This document shows, one piece after another, positions 24,159-36,973 of a stretch of 64,000 nt of DNA. The notes beneath the pieces are model-generated. The model was given only the letters and a program-made list of their open reading frames with translations, ran no database searches and had not been told where the DNA came from. The DNA is taken from the NCBI GenBank assembly GCA_965644295.1, contig CBFFRP010000074.1:1-64000 (forward strand), written 5' to 3'. The translations under genes were made by a program, and so were the position numbers. How positions within the stretch are numbered: position 1 is the stretch's first letter; the number at the start of each line of letters is the position of its first letter. This DNA is from Paraphysomonas bandaiensis (taxonomy: Eukaryota > Protista > Chrysophyceae).

Positions 24159-25339
24159 ATGATCCTTACTGAAAATTCCCCGGCGTATGTCAGTGAAATG
24201 GAGTTTGAGAAGGGTGCAGTCAAGCCCGAGGAAGAGTTCAGGTATCCTTACCCTCTGTGTTATACAAATGGACGCTGATTAATTATACAGAAACTATACA
24301 GACTCATTTCGCCACTCCGTTGTTCATAACCATTATAGACTCATGAGAACATATCAAACTCTGAGTTTTTCGGAGAAAATGAGCGAAAAATATTCATTTG
24401 ACAAACCTCGAGCTAAAATGACTATAAAGGAGGCATTCCGGGCTCTGGAGGGTTATGTAGACTCTAGTGACCCCGATGTGGATCTCCCGAATATGGTTCA
24501 CATGTTTCAAACAGCTGAGGGTTAGTGATTTATTTCCATGTATTTAGTAATTCTGACGTGGATAATTTCCCATGCAGGAATCCGACGGGCGGGGCATCCG
24601 GACTGGATGCAAGTTGTTGGGCTAATTCATGACATGGGGAAGATAATGTATCTATGGGGAGATGAGTTGGAAGGACAAAATGGGACTGCAGATGGGTCAC
24701 AATGGGCTCTCGGGTACGTGTTGTACTAAGTATGTGTTGTTCACCGCTGACTTGAAATAGAGGAGACACGTGGGTGGTCGGCTGCCCTATCCCATCATCT
24801 GTAGTATTTCCGGAATTCAATGAACTTAATCCAGATATGAATGACAGTAGGTATAACTCTGGTTTGGGAATGTACCAACCACATTGTGGTCTGTGGAATC
24901 TCAAGTTTGCCTATGGCCACGATGAGTATTTGTACAACATGCTGGTAAAGTCACTGTATCATCGTCTTTGGATGTGTATACTTATTGCTATATTGACAGG
25001 TTGCAAATAAATGTACCATCCCTCAAAATGGTCTCGCAATGATTCGTTTTCATTCCCTCTATCCGTGGCACACTGGCGGCGCCTACAGAGAATTGATGAC
25101 AGAGGATGATCATCGAACTTTAGGCTGGTGCGCGTTTCTATATATAGCGACATATGTTTCGTAATTATGTTTATTGTACCGTTATCCTAACAATAACTTC
25201 TAGGGTGCTGGAGTTCAATAAGTTCGATTTATATACTAAAGACCAGAAAGGAATATCTGCAGATGAGCTGGAAACTATGTGGGAGTACTACACCCCATTA
25301 CTGGAGAAATACGGTCTCTCTGGAGAACTGATGTGGTAA
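24159..25339 (+). CDS. MIOX: myo-inositol oxygenase, multi-exon
   Basis: EFRNY, YVDSSDPDVDLPNMVHMFQTAE, GLIHDMGK, QWALGGDTWVVGC, GHDEYLY, IRFHSLYPWH and FNKFDLYTK across short GT-AG introns. Confidence 0.95.
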
Positions 25340-26117
25340 ATATATGAATGAAGTAAAGATGATTGCGCTGCAGGACGGATACCAATGCAGTGTACTCGTG
25401 TGTATACACACGAATGTCGCATGAAAAATTAGAACTGTGCAAGTATTTTCCTGTCCACTTGTTCCCATTATTAGTATACTGCTGCACCATGGACAATAAA
25501 TAATTGCACTTTTTAACATTTTCTAACCAATACAGAGTGCGCCATCTCTTACTAGGCAAGTTACAACACAACAGTGTAAGATATACTGAATCTATACTAC
25601 ACTGCTATAAGTACTCCTGAATAGTAGTGTTAGATTGCGAAATGCGAATTTTACTATGATCTACGTGAAACGGAATTTAATATATCATATACCAGGTAGT
25701 ATGTTTTAAGTTTTGCACCGAATTCTGAATACCACGTTAACTCACTCCACGCGGTGTTGTTATCGTAAAATAATTAATATAAAAACGTATAAATATTAGA
25801 TTTTTAGACCACGTGATAGGGTCGGTAGAGCGAGTGGTGTAAGAATGCTCTGCGATGTATCTATTACTGCGTTGTAGGAGCATGGCGTTTTGGACGAAGG
25901 TAAGAGATTTACAGTTGTAGTCACATGCATCAATATGCAGAGCGAACGACATGTGTATGACTCTACTAGAGAGTTAAGAAAAGTTCAGAGGTATTCCCTT
26001 CTATATGAAAATGCTATGAAAGGAACATATCCCAGTCGCCCAGTGTATTGAACAACAATAGCGCCTAATAATTATTTACTACGTACTATCTAAATATCTA
26101 TATCCAAGTCATCAACA

Positions 26118-26279
26118 TTATATACCAGCCTCATGGCGTATTCTTGTTTTATCCCCACCATACACCTCAATATCATCATCACCGCCATCGACATGATCCA
26201 TATATTGTTTAACCATCACATACGCCAGAGCTCCAAACACAACCACCCCCGCAGCTATCGCTCCGATTATAGCGGCCAT
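26118..26279 (-). CDS. putative 53-aa single-pass membrane microprotein
   Basis: Reads MAAIIGAIAAGVVVFGALAYVMVKQYMDHVDGGDDDIEVYGGDKTRIRHEAGI*. It is a GC-richer island in AT-rich intergenic DNA and falls below the ORF-track length cutoff. Confidence 0.5.
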   Translation of the reverse strand: MAAIIGAIAAGVVVFGALAYVMVKQYMDHVDGGDDDIEVYGGDKTRIRHEAGI

Positions 26280-26757
26280 ATACTTTTAAGTTTCTTCCAG
26301 AGGTAAAGAAAAAATGTCACTCTTATCTGTTATAATAAGGGTGGATTAGAATGCTTTAAAACAAGTCGCTCATATAAGTAAAGAGTAAAGTACTTGTGAT
26401 CATGTACATGAGAACAGTGGACCGTATACAGCAGCACAGTATCAGATAGCTATCTGATGTACATATATGGTGAAGTACTTGTGATGATGTACAGTAGTAC
26501 ACAAGTACTGTTATATGCTCGTGCTATTGTGGTATGATATACGACGTAGTACTACGACAAAGATGAAACTCCACAGTACAAGAAGAGGATGTATACACAC
26601 GGTATACCCTTGAATACCGCTCGCACAAGAATACAGTAGTAAGTTAAGTGATATGCATATATATGTATGTATATATAGTCAATTAAAGTGTCCATATACT
26701 CATGTTTACTGCTATCTAGAACCATTCTAAGTTATTCTAGGTGATTCCTATTATAAA

Positions 26758-27867
26758 ATGGATCGTATGCAGATGAGAATGAGAATGAAAAGCGCTTCAA
26801 GTGCATCCAGTGGCGCATCTTTCGAGAATCTTTCTGGGAAAGAAAAAGCCAAATACCTCAAAACATTAAAACAAAAGAAAGCTATGAGTATGAATAAAGA
26901 GGAGCCATGTGTACAGAAAGTTTCTGCGGAGGCCTTTACAATAGAGAAGAATAACAAGCCTGTTAAGAAGGTGTCTGGATCACTGCTGACATCTACCAGT
27001 GTCCCAACACCTGCACCTGTATCTGCACCTGCATCTACTAGTTCTTCTATTCCATTGCCTTCAAAGTCATCAGATAGTACTACAAGTAAAAAAGAGAGTA
27101 ATGTTAGTTTACTTTCTAACTATGATAATTCTGATGGATCGGATGGCGATGAGATGGTTGAAAAAGATGTCCAACAGACAGCAACTGTTGCGTCGTCGTC
27201 GTCCTTGCCTACGGGATTTTTCGACGACCCCGATGAGCAACAGACAGCTACTCAACCGATTGTTGTGCCTGTTGAGACTCAGCAAGCGTCTTCAAATTCA
27301 GCGCAAGTTACTCAGAGCCACCCTGACATCGAGAAGACATCGGCGGAAACAACAACTGGTGCTCTTCCTGAAGGTTTTTTTGACTCCACTGAGGACGATA
27401 TGAAAGCACGAGGAGTAGATGTAAAGGCCGTTGCAAAGAAAATTGAAGTAGAGGCTGATCAAACATTAACTTCGTTTTTCGATGAAGTGGACCATCTTCC
27501 GGTAGCTCCGGAAGAGGACGAGGAGGATGCAGGGGAAGATGAGGAGCTTGCATCACAGGCGGTACAATTGGCCTATGAAACCAAGCTCGCATTTCTTCTA
27601 CAAGAAGCCGAGCAGAAATCTAGGAAACGGGCTAGAAATGAAACCGAATTCAATGCTAGTGAAGCTACCAAGGAAGCTGAAGCAGTACTACAGGAATATA
27701 CTTCTTCCGCGCAAAAAGAGGAGGCCGGCCTCTCAGATATTAGTGCAGAAGTGGAAGCAGCTCTGAAAAAGAAAAAGCAGAAAAAGAAAATGAGTGTATC
27801 CAATGGTTATGTTCAGGATTATATTCCGATGGACTTTGCGGATTGTTGGACTTCAAAGCGATTGTAG
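26758..27867 (+). CDS. ZNF830/CCDC16-like nuclear protein
   Basis: Two LP(T/E)GFFD motifs (LPTGFFDDP and ALPEGFFD...DMKARG), a coiled coil, basic NLS-like tracts and a C-terminal W(T)SK. No zinc finger is seen. Confidence 0.55.
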   Translation: MDRMQMRMRMKSASSASSGASFENLSGKEKAKYLKTLKQKKAMSMNKEEPCVQKVSAEAFTIEKNNKPVKKVSGSLLTSTSVPTPAPVSAPASTSSSIPLPSKSSDSTTSKKESNVSLLSNYDNSDGSDGDEMVEKDVQQTATVASSSSLPTGFFDDPDEQQTATQPIVVPVETQQASSNSAQVTQSHPDIEKTSAETTTGALPEGFFDSTEDDMKARGVDVKAVAKKIEVEADQTLTSFFDEVDHLPVAPEEDEEDAGEDEELASQAVQLAYETKLAFLLQEAEQKSRKRARNETEFNASEATKEAEAVLQEYTSSAQKEEAGLSDISAEVEAALKKKKQKKKMSVSNGYVQDYIPMDFADCWTSKRL

Positions 27868-28060
27868 TGTGTGATATATCCGGAGTTGCCTCTTATCGTA
27901 TTCTAGGATTAGGTATTCATAGTAGTATGTATTAGTATCGTGAATTTGATAAACACAAATTGAAATATTTATAGCCGTAATAGTGAAGTCACGGGATGGT
28001 AATGGAGGAGCTATTGATATTTGCCGATTGGACATGTACAAGTTCTTTCAACTCACTATA

Positions 28061-28998
28061 GTAGTGAATGTCTGATTATTTAGCAATAGGCGTTGAGACC
28101 TTGCATCAATTAGTGGCTAGAAGAATGCTAGTCATACTAGTTAGACCACTACCCGTAACTAATCAATTCAAACTCTTTTATCCTACTATTTAACGCTACG
28201 AAAGCTGCTTGTGCGTCGCCGCAAGCACCAAGGTGCAACCACTTCCGTTCTTTTTGTGTGATATGAAATTCGCCTTTATTGTGTGTCCGTGGACTCACCG
28301 GCGCTATTGATCTGGGGGTCTCCCTTTGGGATGGGTCTCCATTGGTTTTGGAGGGGGCTCAGCGTTCTGAATTAGGGTCCTGAGTGCACCTAGTTCCAGA
28401 TGTGTGGGTTGAGAGTGGTGGGGATTGTTGGGAGGAGGAGTTGGGTTTGTAGTCTGTGTTACTGTGCTCCTGTGGTGCCGCGGGTGTAGATAGAGTTGTC
28501 GAAGTCGTCGGCGTTGTGGAGGTCTGGGCAGTCCAGTGCTCTGTCGGGTAGGACCTGTGAGGTGTGCACGTGTGTCTGGAGTCGGATACGCTGTGGGGGG
28601 TCTTCGTTGGACGCCTAGTAATCGAAGGACTCTCGGACGTTGTCTTGACTGACTGCGTTTCGGACGGGGTCTCGGGAGTAGCCTGGGCGGCCTTTTGGAC
28701 ATGGTGATATAGCGACAACCGCGATCCTGTAACATAAGCTTCGCTGCAGTGTAAAGCGGTTGCAGGAGATTAATAACCGCTGTTTCTAGGTTCCGTAGAC
28801 TGTGTGCCGTCAGGTGGTTGTGTATGGCATCTCCGAAGACCGTTTCCAGTTGGGCTGCTGTGATGGTTCCAGTCCAGTATCTCTCGACCTGTGGGATGGA
28901 GGGATTCCAGGCTCTGCTGGAGAGTCTCCGTAGTGCAGATGTGATCCAGTTGGGTAAGGTCTGAGTTCTCTGTATTTCGTGGAGCACATTTTTATGCT
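28061..28998 (-). mobile_element. 5'-truncated non-LTR retrotransposon (LINE) copy: ORF C-terminus plus structured 3' UTR
   Basis: Perfect 10-bp TSD ACTCACTATA (28051..28060 and 28999..29008). The ORF remnant ends in PKGRPPDQ*, and the 3' UTR is shared with the SINE-like copies. Confidence 0.85.
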
Positions 28999-29660
28999 AC
29001 TCACTATAACTGTATTAAAGGATTTTAATAATTTATCAGTACTTCGTCATCACATAAACGATCATTATGTCAAGCGATAAATATTTACTAGATCTTGAAC
29101 AGGCACAGCTTTCAGTTGTGATTTGATGATCTTATTCATTGAATCTTATGTGGTCACTATGTCACTATACATCAATGTTTCGGTTAAACTCAATATCAAT
29201 TCAAACTGCAATGCACGTACTGTACTGTGTACTGTATTGTCTCTGCAAGCAGTACATTCCACTTTTGAATAATAACGACTAATTTAATATACATTGCAAA
29301 AAATCCACGTATATATGATATATACTGACTACTTATTTTATACGAATCATTTGATGCATGAGTTCGAGTGATAACACATCACCAGAAGTAATAAAGAAAT
29401 TAAGATTTGTAGCTAGTCTTAGTATTAAATCTAAGCTATAGTACAGTATATTGATAATTGCCCGTACCAGATGTTCTGAACATCTGTGCAATACATGCGT
29501 AGCATATCCGTACTGCGCATAGCGTTCAATATATAAAATATATAATGTATTAATTACTATAACTGTAATGTATTACCAGATCGCCAACCAATTCAACACA
29601 GAATTCGCCGATTTCAAGTTTCTCTGTGCTCAACCATGTAGTATACGGCATACCACTACT

Positions 29661-32428
29661 TTACATCCAGCATGATGACGAGGTCATAGAAGACGACTGA
29701 ACTCGCACAAGCATCGACCCTGTGATGCGAATGCTTTCTACCACCTGACCAATGCGCATAGCGGACGATGGAAGAGGATGTTTTTTGAAAAAGTCTTCCA
29801 CTTCAGCGGCTCTCTCGAGAGTACAAAACTGACTAGCGCAGTTTATGATAACTGCGTCCATTAGTGAAGGCGAGGCTTTCGCGAGTTTCTTTTTGATATA
29901 TTCAAGATTGTCCACGAAATAAGTCCAAGTAATTTGTGCCCCTTCTTTGCCACTAGCAGCAGCACCCATAGTGTAAAAGAAATCTTGGAGCTTAACATCA
30001 CCACTCTTAGTTGTCCAGTCCAGAGCACGAAGCTTAAGATTAGGGTCAGATGTCGCACCGAGACTGGTCATCACAAATCTACGAAGTGTGTTATCATCTG
30101 TGTCATAATACGACTGCAGGAGTCGTTCGAATTCTTTCACGCCGCCAGTACGCAAAACCATCTTGTACACACTTGTCTTGAAGTCAGATGATAGGACGGA
30201 GGGATTTTCCCAATGCTCATCAAATCGACGTTTCGCCTCATCAAAGACTTGCTTGTCAGATTCCCCAAACGTATCCAAAAGGGAAATAAGCGTAGCTCGC
30301 AATAGCTTAGTGCTATGCGAGTCGTCTGCCTGAGCTTCCCACCCCACTAACTTGAAAGCCGGTTTGATGAGGTCCCACCCAAATGACTTGAATGCCGCAT
30401 ATGATTCTCCACCTATTTCCGACATCAGCATATTGAGTCCCCCCAGTACACCCGACAGAGCATTCCAGACAGTGCTAGAGTCTTCGTTGTCGTACGCTCT
30501 GAGAAGCGGAACAAGGGTGTCAACATCTGCATTCCCAGCTTTGGCAAGCGCATACGAATCCAATAAAAGGGACGCACGATCGATAGGAGACAGTGACTTC
30601 GATCTTATTGCCTCCTGCAAGCGTTGCAGCATTGTGGGAGAATGAGCAACCCGAACGAGAGCATGCTGTCCAGCATTGATTTTTAGCCAGTCATCTGCGG
30701 ATGCTAGCGGAATAGTAAATGTCTGTCGGCGCTGAGTCATGAGCACAGCCTTATCTGACTCCGATGATGACGTGGCAAATATGAGAGGAATGGTCCAAAT
30801 CTTGTCGTCATTAACACCGCTTCCGTCTGCAAGAAACCAAGACTGCTGGAGTTCAATTGTGACATTCGATGCACTCCAGGTCTCTGCCACAACTGTAAGG
30901 AATGGGTACCCCATCTGCTCAGTCCAAGTAGTCATCATAGAAGGAATATCTATTCCAGAAACATCGGCCCAGGCGGTCCACAGATCAAGAGTAACAGTAT
31001 TGCTATACTGATGTTTCTTCATGTAGTTTTGCAGACCCTTACGGAAGTTATCAGGTCCTAGAATTGCGGCCACCATACGGACTACTGTCGATCCTTTGCA
31101 GTAACTGATAGCGTCAAACACCTGTTCCACTTCCTCCGCCCGAATAATGGGCACCTGAATCGGGTGGGAAGTTCTAAGCGCATCTAATCGTAGAGCAGCA
31201 CCCATTGCATCTGTGGTGTATTGATCCCATATGTGAAACTCTGGGAAAAGTGCATCCGTACAGAAATGTTCCATATAGCATGCAAATCCTTCATTAAGCC
31301 AGAGATCTCCCCACCACTACAAAAATAATCACTTCACAAGCACTACTAGAGAAGTGGATTTCGGTTACCTCCATGGTGACTAGGTTGCCGAACCACTGAT
31401 GAGCTAATTCATGGGCGACAATGATAGACACTCGTTGCTTTTGTTGCGATGATGCTTTTTCTTCATCGATCATCAAATCCACCTCACGGTAAGTAACCAA
31501 TCCCCTAAATCGCCGGAATTAGGTTTTCAAATTAGAGCTTGAAATATATCTTTATACCAGTTTTCCATTGCCCCCATCGCAAATTCGGTAATAGCTATCA
31601 TGTCCAGCTTTGGTAAAGGGTACTTAACACCAAAGAACTCATCAAAGAAGTCAAGTGCTCGCTTTCCAGCGCTCAGAGCATACTGGCCATGAGCAGCGCG
31701 ACCAGGAGGACAAAAGACTCTCACAGCGACGCCATTTTCAGTTACTCCACACACATAGTCCATGTGGCCCACTACCCAAGCGAGAAGATAAGTCGACATC
31801 TTTGGGGTTACGTCAAATTGAACACGTTTTTTGTGTCCAGGCAAATGTGTGGTGGAGACCTCCGGCATATTGCAAAGTGCAGTCAGTTCAGAAGACACAA
31901 CAAGTGATACTGTGAACGTCGCCTTAAGTGCCGGCTGCGTTAAAGTAAAATATCAAAAACAGAGAGCATTAAAAAATTCTGCAGTACCTCATCCCAGCAA
32001 GGAAAAGCACGCCTGGCATCTAAGGACTCAAACTGAGTGGATGCCATTACTTGCTTCTTTCCATCAGCATCAACGTAACTGGACTTGTAGAAGCCAGCCA
32101 TATCGCCGTTTAGAATACCCTCAAACTCAATATGTAGCTTTCCTTCTCCAACAGCTAAAGGAGTATCAAACTTTAGTGTCAATGTAGTGTCCACGAGATG
32201 GTAGCTGACGGAAACCAGAGAGGGTCGTTGGCCAGACACAGTGCTAACGAAAGAGGCATGCTTGACATGGATTTCCTTACTATGCAACACCACTTCATCA
32301 GTAGCGGAGGATACCACTACATCGACATCCACACTGCCATCGAACTTAAATAGTTCTAGGTCGGGAGTCAGTTCCAGTGCATAGTGCACAGGGGTCACAC
32401 AGGTGGGCAGTAGCACTCGTTCAGGCAT
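29661..32428 (-). CDS. M1-family (puromycin-sensitive type) aminopeptidase with an ERAP1-like C-terminal domain, multi-exon
   Basis: [53 protein letters not shown] and FDAISYCKG. Confidence 0.95.
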
Positions 32429-33155
32429 GATAATTTAATCCACAGGGAGCAACTGATGCAATAATAATGAGAGTAGATGCATAATATCCTTGTTATGGAG
32501 GCAATTAAGTACGCACGAATTCATTCTTCTCATATGTATGGAACATATGTTTGCTTGCTATCCAACTGCTGCACATGCATAGATACATACATCAGTGGAA
32601 TACTGTGGACATACTGCTGTACGCGCATGTTTATCCTGTACTGCCTGTATCTATACAGTATACCAGTGTATGGTATACATACATGAGAAGCAGTATGATG
32701 TGTGTAGTACAGAACTAGAAAACCACTGAAATAAGGTCTATAAAAAAGTCGAAAATATACTAAAAGAAACATCAATAAAGCCGATTTTCTTCAATAAAAT
32801 CTTTAAAAAAACAAAATACTATACTTCAAAATATATGTATGATCCCTACAACGTACATAGTATGCATACTGCATATACGCATATACCCATATATAGCTAC
32901 ATATTCGCACTGCTGTATACAGAAGAAATCAACGAGAAAATCCAGCCACACAAAAAACAATATCCCCAATATGGGATCTTCTAAGGACTTAAGTTGTGTA
33001 TAGGCAAAGTTTGAAATTATAGGATTACACACTATTAATCTCTAGGCTATGTTGACAGCTGCCTGTTACTGGTAACTCAATACATTCATATTCTAGATAT
33101 TATAAAATTAATTTGATTATAATATTTCAATATTATACGAGGGTATTCATATCAT

Positions 33156-35322
33156 ATGAAGATAGCAATCTATTGCCACTCTATTGCCCCCTCTATTGAT
33201 GGTGTATGTAGACGTTTTACTGGAATACTTCATGAACTTATTGCACAAGGTCATCAAGTGATACTATTCACTTTAGAAGAGGCTCCAGAGGAGCTACCAC
33301 CATTACTGGATATTATACGATTGGATTATCTGCTAATGCCTGCTTATCCAGATAAACGAGTGGCAAAACCAGATTTCCATACATATTTTAGTGTATGGCG
33401 TGCTCTGAGAAAACACAGACCTGACGTTGTTCATGTTACAGCTGATGGGATATCTCAAATATTTTCATTAGTAGGTTTATACCTTGCCATACCAGTTGTG
33501 GCATCTTTTCATACTGATATTCTGGATCTTTTGAGATCTCACAATGCGAACTTTTTTCAAAAGTTTTGTATCACGTTTAAAGAAAGTGTAGATTCATTCG
33601 TACTAGACTCGTGCGCGACTACGTCTTCGTCATTTGCGGTTCGTATTCTACGATATAGGGTATTTATGTATTCATTTTGCTTAATTAGAGAAAGTTGCGC
33701 AAACAAGGGCTCAAGACCGAGCACATCATTGTGACTGGAGTTGATACAGCTAAGTTCAACCCCAATAAGAAGCAGATGTAAGATACTGCGTATATTTTAG
33801 TTCCTGCATTCGAATTGTTGTATTTCTTATTTCCCTGTGACGTTTCACTGAACACATTTAATTCTGCTGACGATGTATTGATGTACAGTGATGTGAGAAA
33901 GGAGTTGACTTTCGGCAATATAGACGGCTTTCTATGTGTGTATGTTGGTCGTATCTCGAAAGAGAAGAGACTAGACGTGATGGTCGATGCAGTCAAAAGC
34001 ATTGACAATGCCTACCTTGCCATCATTGGTAAGTGTCATGATTGTTGACATCGCGTTTTGTCACAGTGTGTGTTATGTGTGTATATATTTGTAATATCTG
34101 TAAGTGATGAACTTCGCCTATGTGGGGTATACTGTAGTAAATGTACGTAGCAAATGGCATCGGTCGTTCTGTATTCCTCTTTTTTATGCGGCCTTTGTCA
34201 AGGTTTTACGATAGCGGTATGTGGCTTACACGATGTGGTAATTGTAGGTGATGGACCTAGTGCTGGCACATATGCGGCAATGCACGGACCGGAGAATAGA
34301 ATCTATTGTCGCCCACGCTTCTTAGACCATGACGAACTCTCACAGGTACGTTTCCGTGCGGACCCTACGGAGACAAAATGATACTTAGACAACAATATGT
34401 GGATAACGATACTCTGTGAAGTATACGCTGTTGCTAATATGTGTCGTCTGACCCGTGTATATACAGATATATGCCTCCAGCGATGTACATGTGTCCGCTT
34501 CAGAGTTTGAGACTCTCGGAAACACCGTGCTGGAGTCTTTTGCCTGTCAGGTACCAGTGGTAGTGCCAAGAACACAGGTACGCAGCATATATGGAAGTTT
34601 ATTAGCCATATTTACCAGAATGAGGCGTTTAATGATATTTTTGTATTACCTATTGGCCCATCTGTTACCGTACCGTTTACTAAAATGTTGATGATTTAGG
34701 GGTTCTGTGACACTGTAACCCACGATATGAATGGCTTCTTATTCGAGCCTGGTGACCGTGACAGCGCCCGCGGGTAGGCATTGTAAATAATTATGTGCTT
34801 TGTAGTTACAACTGCTTCTGTAATAGCGGGGTTATCAATATGTTTGTATACGAACTGTATATTATGTTGATATCCTATACACTTTTGATTTAGTGTGAAA
34901 TTTGTTGAAGTATATATTCCTCTATCATTGTGAATGTTTTTCTTTTATTCGGTCCGATTTATTCTGTTTACACAGTTATCTGTTGAAACTGAAAGATGAC
35001 TCTCGCCTCTGTGCTAAGATGGGCGCGAAGGGACGCTCCTCAGTGGCGGATAAGTCAGTTTCCCGCGTCATTGAAGATCTCATCAAGTGGTACGGAATGG
35101 GGGCGGCAAGGCGGAAGAGACGCGGAGCCTATGGTGCCGGGATTAGAATATGTCTGTTGGTGTTCTCAGTACCCTTTGCTATGGCCTGCATAGCCGGATA
35201 CGAGCTTGTGGTATGTTACCTATAGTTTATAGATAGATATGTTTGCTTAAGTTGTGCTGAATGTACAGGTTAATTTGCTCGGAATTGCTCCTCCGAAGAA
35301 GAAGTCGGGAAAGTCTAATTAG
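33156..35322 (+). CDS. GT4 glycosyltransferase, SQD2 (sulfoquinovosyltransferase)/PimB-like, multi-exon, with a C-terminal transmembrane segment
   Basis: MKIAIY...PSIDGVCRRF, RPDVVHV, SFHTD, TGVD, YVGRISKEKRLD, GDGP and SEFETLGNTVLES. No obvious N-terminal targeting peptide. Confidence 0.8.
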
Positions 35323-36119
35323 ATTGTACTATGGGATATAGTAGAAGCTGAAGCGTTGCATCATTGTTATGGTGTTGTTGGAATAGGTAGTTCAGTATAA
35401 GTGTATGACATGAACGATCTCGGAATGCATGATAGTTTTTGGTGTTAAGATGAATTCCGCATGTTTTCCAACATTGTTTTCGACTTTTCGACCCCTCACA
35501 ATAGCAATCTCTAGATATAAGCCCGATTCTAAATACTGTTGATAAGTGCATCGTAGTCGCGAAGTTTCATCAATAGAAATACCGAATCAGTAATACTACA
35601 GTACTAATCCGTGTACTTTAGAAGTAGAAGAGAATAAAAAGTACGTACACTATAATGGAATTGTCTTTCCTGAAAGCATTGTTGTCACATTTATGTACTA
35701 TTTAAAGGTACGGAGTACTGCTCTCAGGAGAAAATAATATCATATTGCGAGTTTGAGCAAATTATTGTAAATTAATTGTAATATATTATGCAATGGAACT
35801 ACAGTAGCAAATACAGTAGGTATATAACACAAGAATGTCCACTTTTTGTCTCAAAAAAGTGTTTTAATTTGACCTGAATGGGGTTTAACGTTTAACATAG
35901 GTAAGAAAATATTCGGTTCAACAGAAACTATTTTCTATCTTGTGGTTGCGCTCAGTGCCCTTCTGTTGTTGGAATATATTCGTTGTAGCTCTTATTGAAT
36001 TTTTGGAATTTTTTGTTTTGAATTAATCTAGTACAATAATAGATATTTTCTAAAAGCTTATGATGTATCGACACCATTAATTGGACGCAATAGTTTTGCT
36101 TTTTCATAGGATGGCTTAA

Positions 36120-36905
36120 AAAAATAACTTAACTCAATTACTCAATTAGTAAAATTATAATCAACACCTCTCATCATTAATTCATTGAAAATTGAAAGTC
36201 TTATTATTAGCAATAGGTGTTAAAAACCTGCACCAACTTAGTAGCGAGATGAATGCTAGACAAACTAGTTAGACCTCTACCTGTAACTTATCAGTACAAA
36301 CTTTTTTTATCCTACTATTTAGCGCTACGGAAGCTGCTTGTGCGTCGCCGCAAGCACCAAGGTGCGACCACTTCCGCTCTGAGTTCTTAAGGTGAACATC
36401 CCGGATGCTTGACTTCAGCAGGCAGCCCAATACCCCGATTACCCTTCAGGCGGGCCCTGTCCCGGATGCCCTTGAGGTGGGCCCATTCCCGGATGCCTGT
36501 TTATTCGTCAGGACCCAAAGACGTCTGCACAAATGACACTTATTGGTGTCCCTTGTACCATACAAGCATTCGGCTATGAGTGGGCAGAAGAATATCTGCT
36601 GACTATGTTTGCGGCTCACGTTAGTTTCCCAAAGAAATAACTCCGGTACTTATCCCCCAGAACACCACACGACAAGGTGCGAGTCCGACTTTGTTGAGGG
36701 TCATTCATTGATATTCGCTATAATTACCTTCTCTTGACTGCCAATGAATGCTATCAGATCTTAGAAAAACATAATTTTATACCTTATACCGTCAAAAACT
36801 ATTTCAGTTTCTTTAGCAAACATAAAATGTCTTCAAGTGACGGTCAAAATTCGAATGCCTTAGAAATACAGCTTTTAATTGCTTACAAACTATATTTTTT
36901 CAATA
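36120..36905 (-). repeat. degenerate copia-family solo LTR split by a SINE-like insertion (boundaries approximate)
   Basis: The flanks share TCAACACCTC..ATCATT..TTCATTG with 50130 and TACAGCTTTTAATTGCT.ACAAAC with 4612..4635. Confidence 0.6.
36189..36702 (-). mobile_element. most complete copy of the SINE-like non-autonomous retroposon
   Basis: 9-bp TSD ATTCATTGA (36180..36188 and 36703..36711), a 5' end GACCCTCAACAAAGTCGG, internal ~27-bp repeats, and a LINE-type 3' tail ending CCTATTGCTAATAATAAGACTTTC. Confidence 0.85.
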
Positions 36906-36973
36906 CTTCATTTTTCATTATTTTATTCAACAGCCATAATACTGTGGTGTATTAAAAAAAATTAGCTCGAGTA

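Noticed and set aside
29468-29486. Palindrome CAGATGTTC-T-GAACATCTG
   Set aside because: Single occurrence with no TSD or family support; plausible by chance.
36386-36497. Short repeats as a CRISPR array
   Set aside because: The units are tandem and degenerate without unique spacers, there are no cas genes, and the context is eukaryotic.
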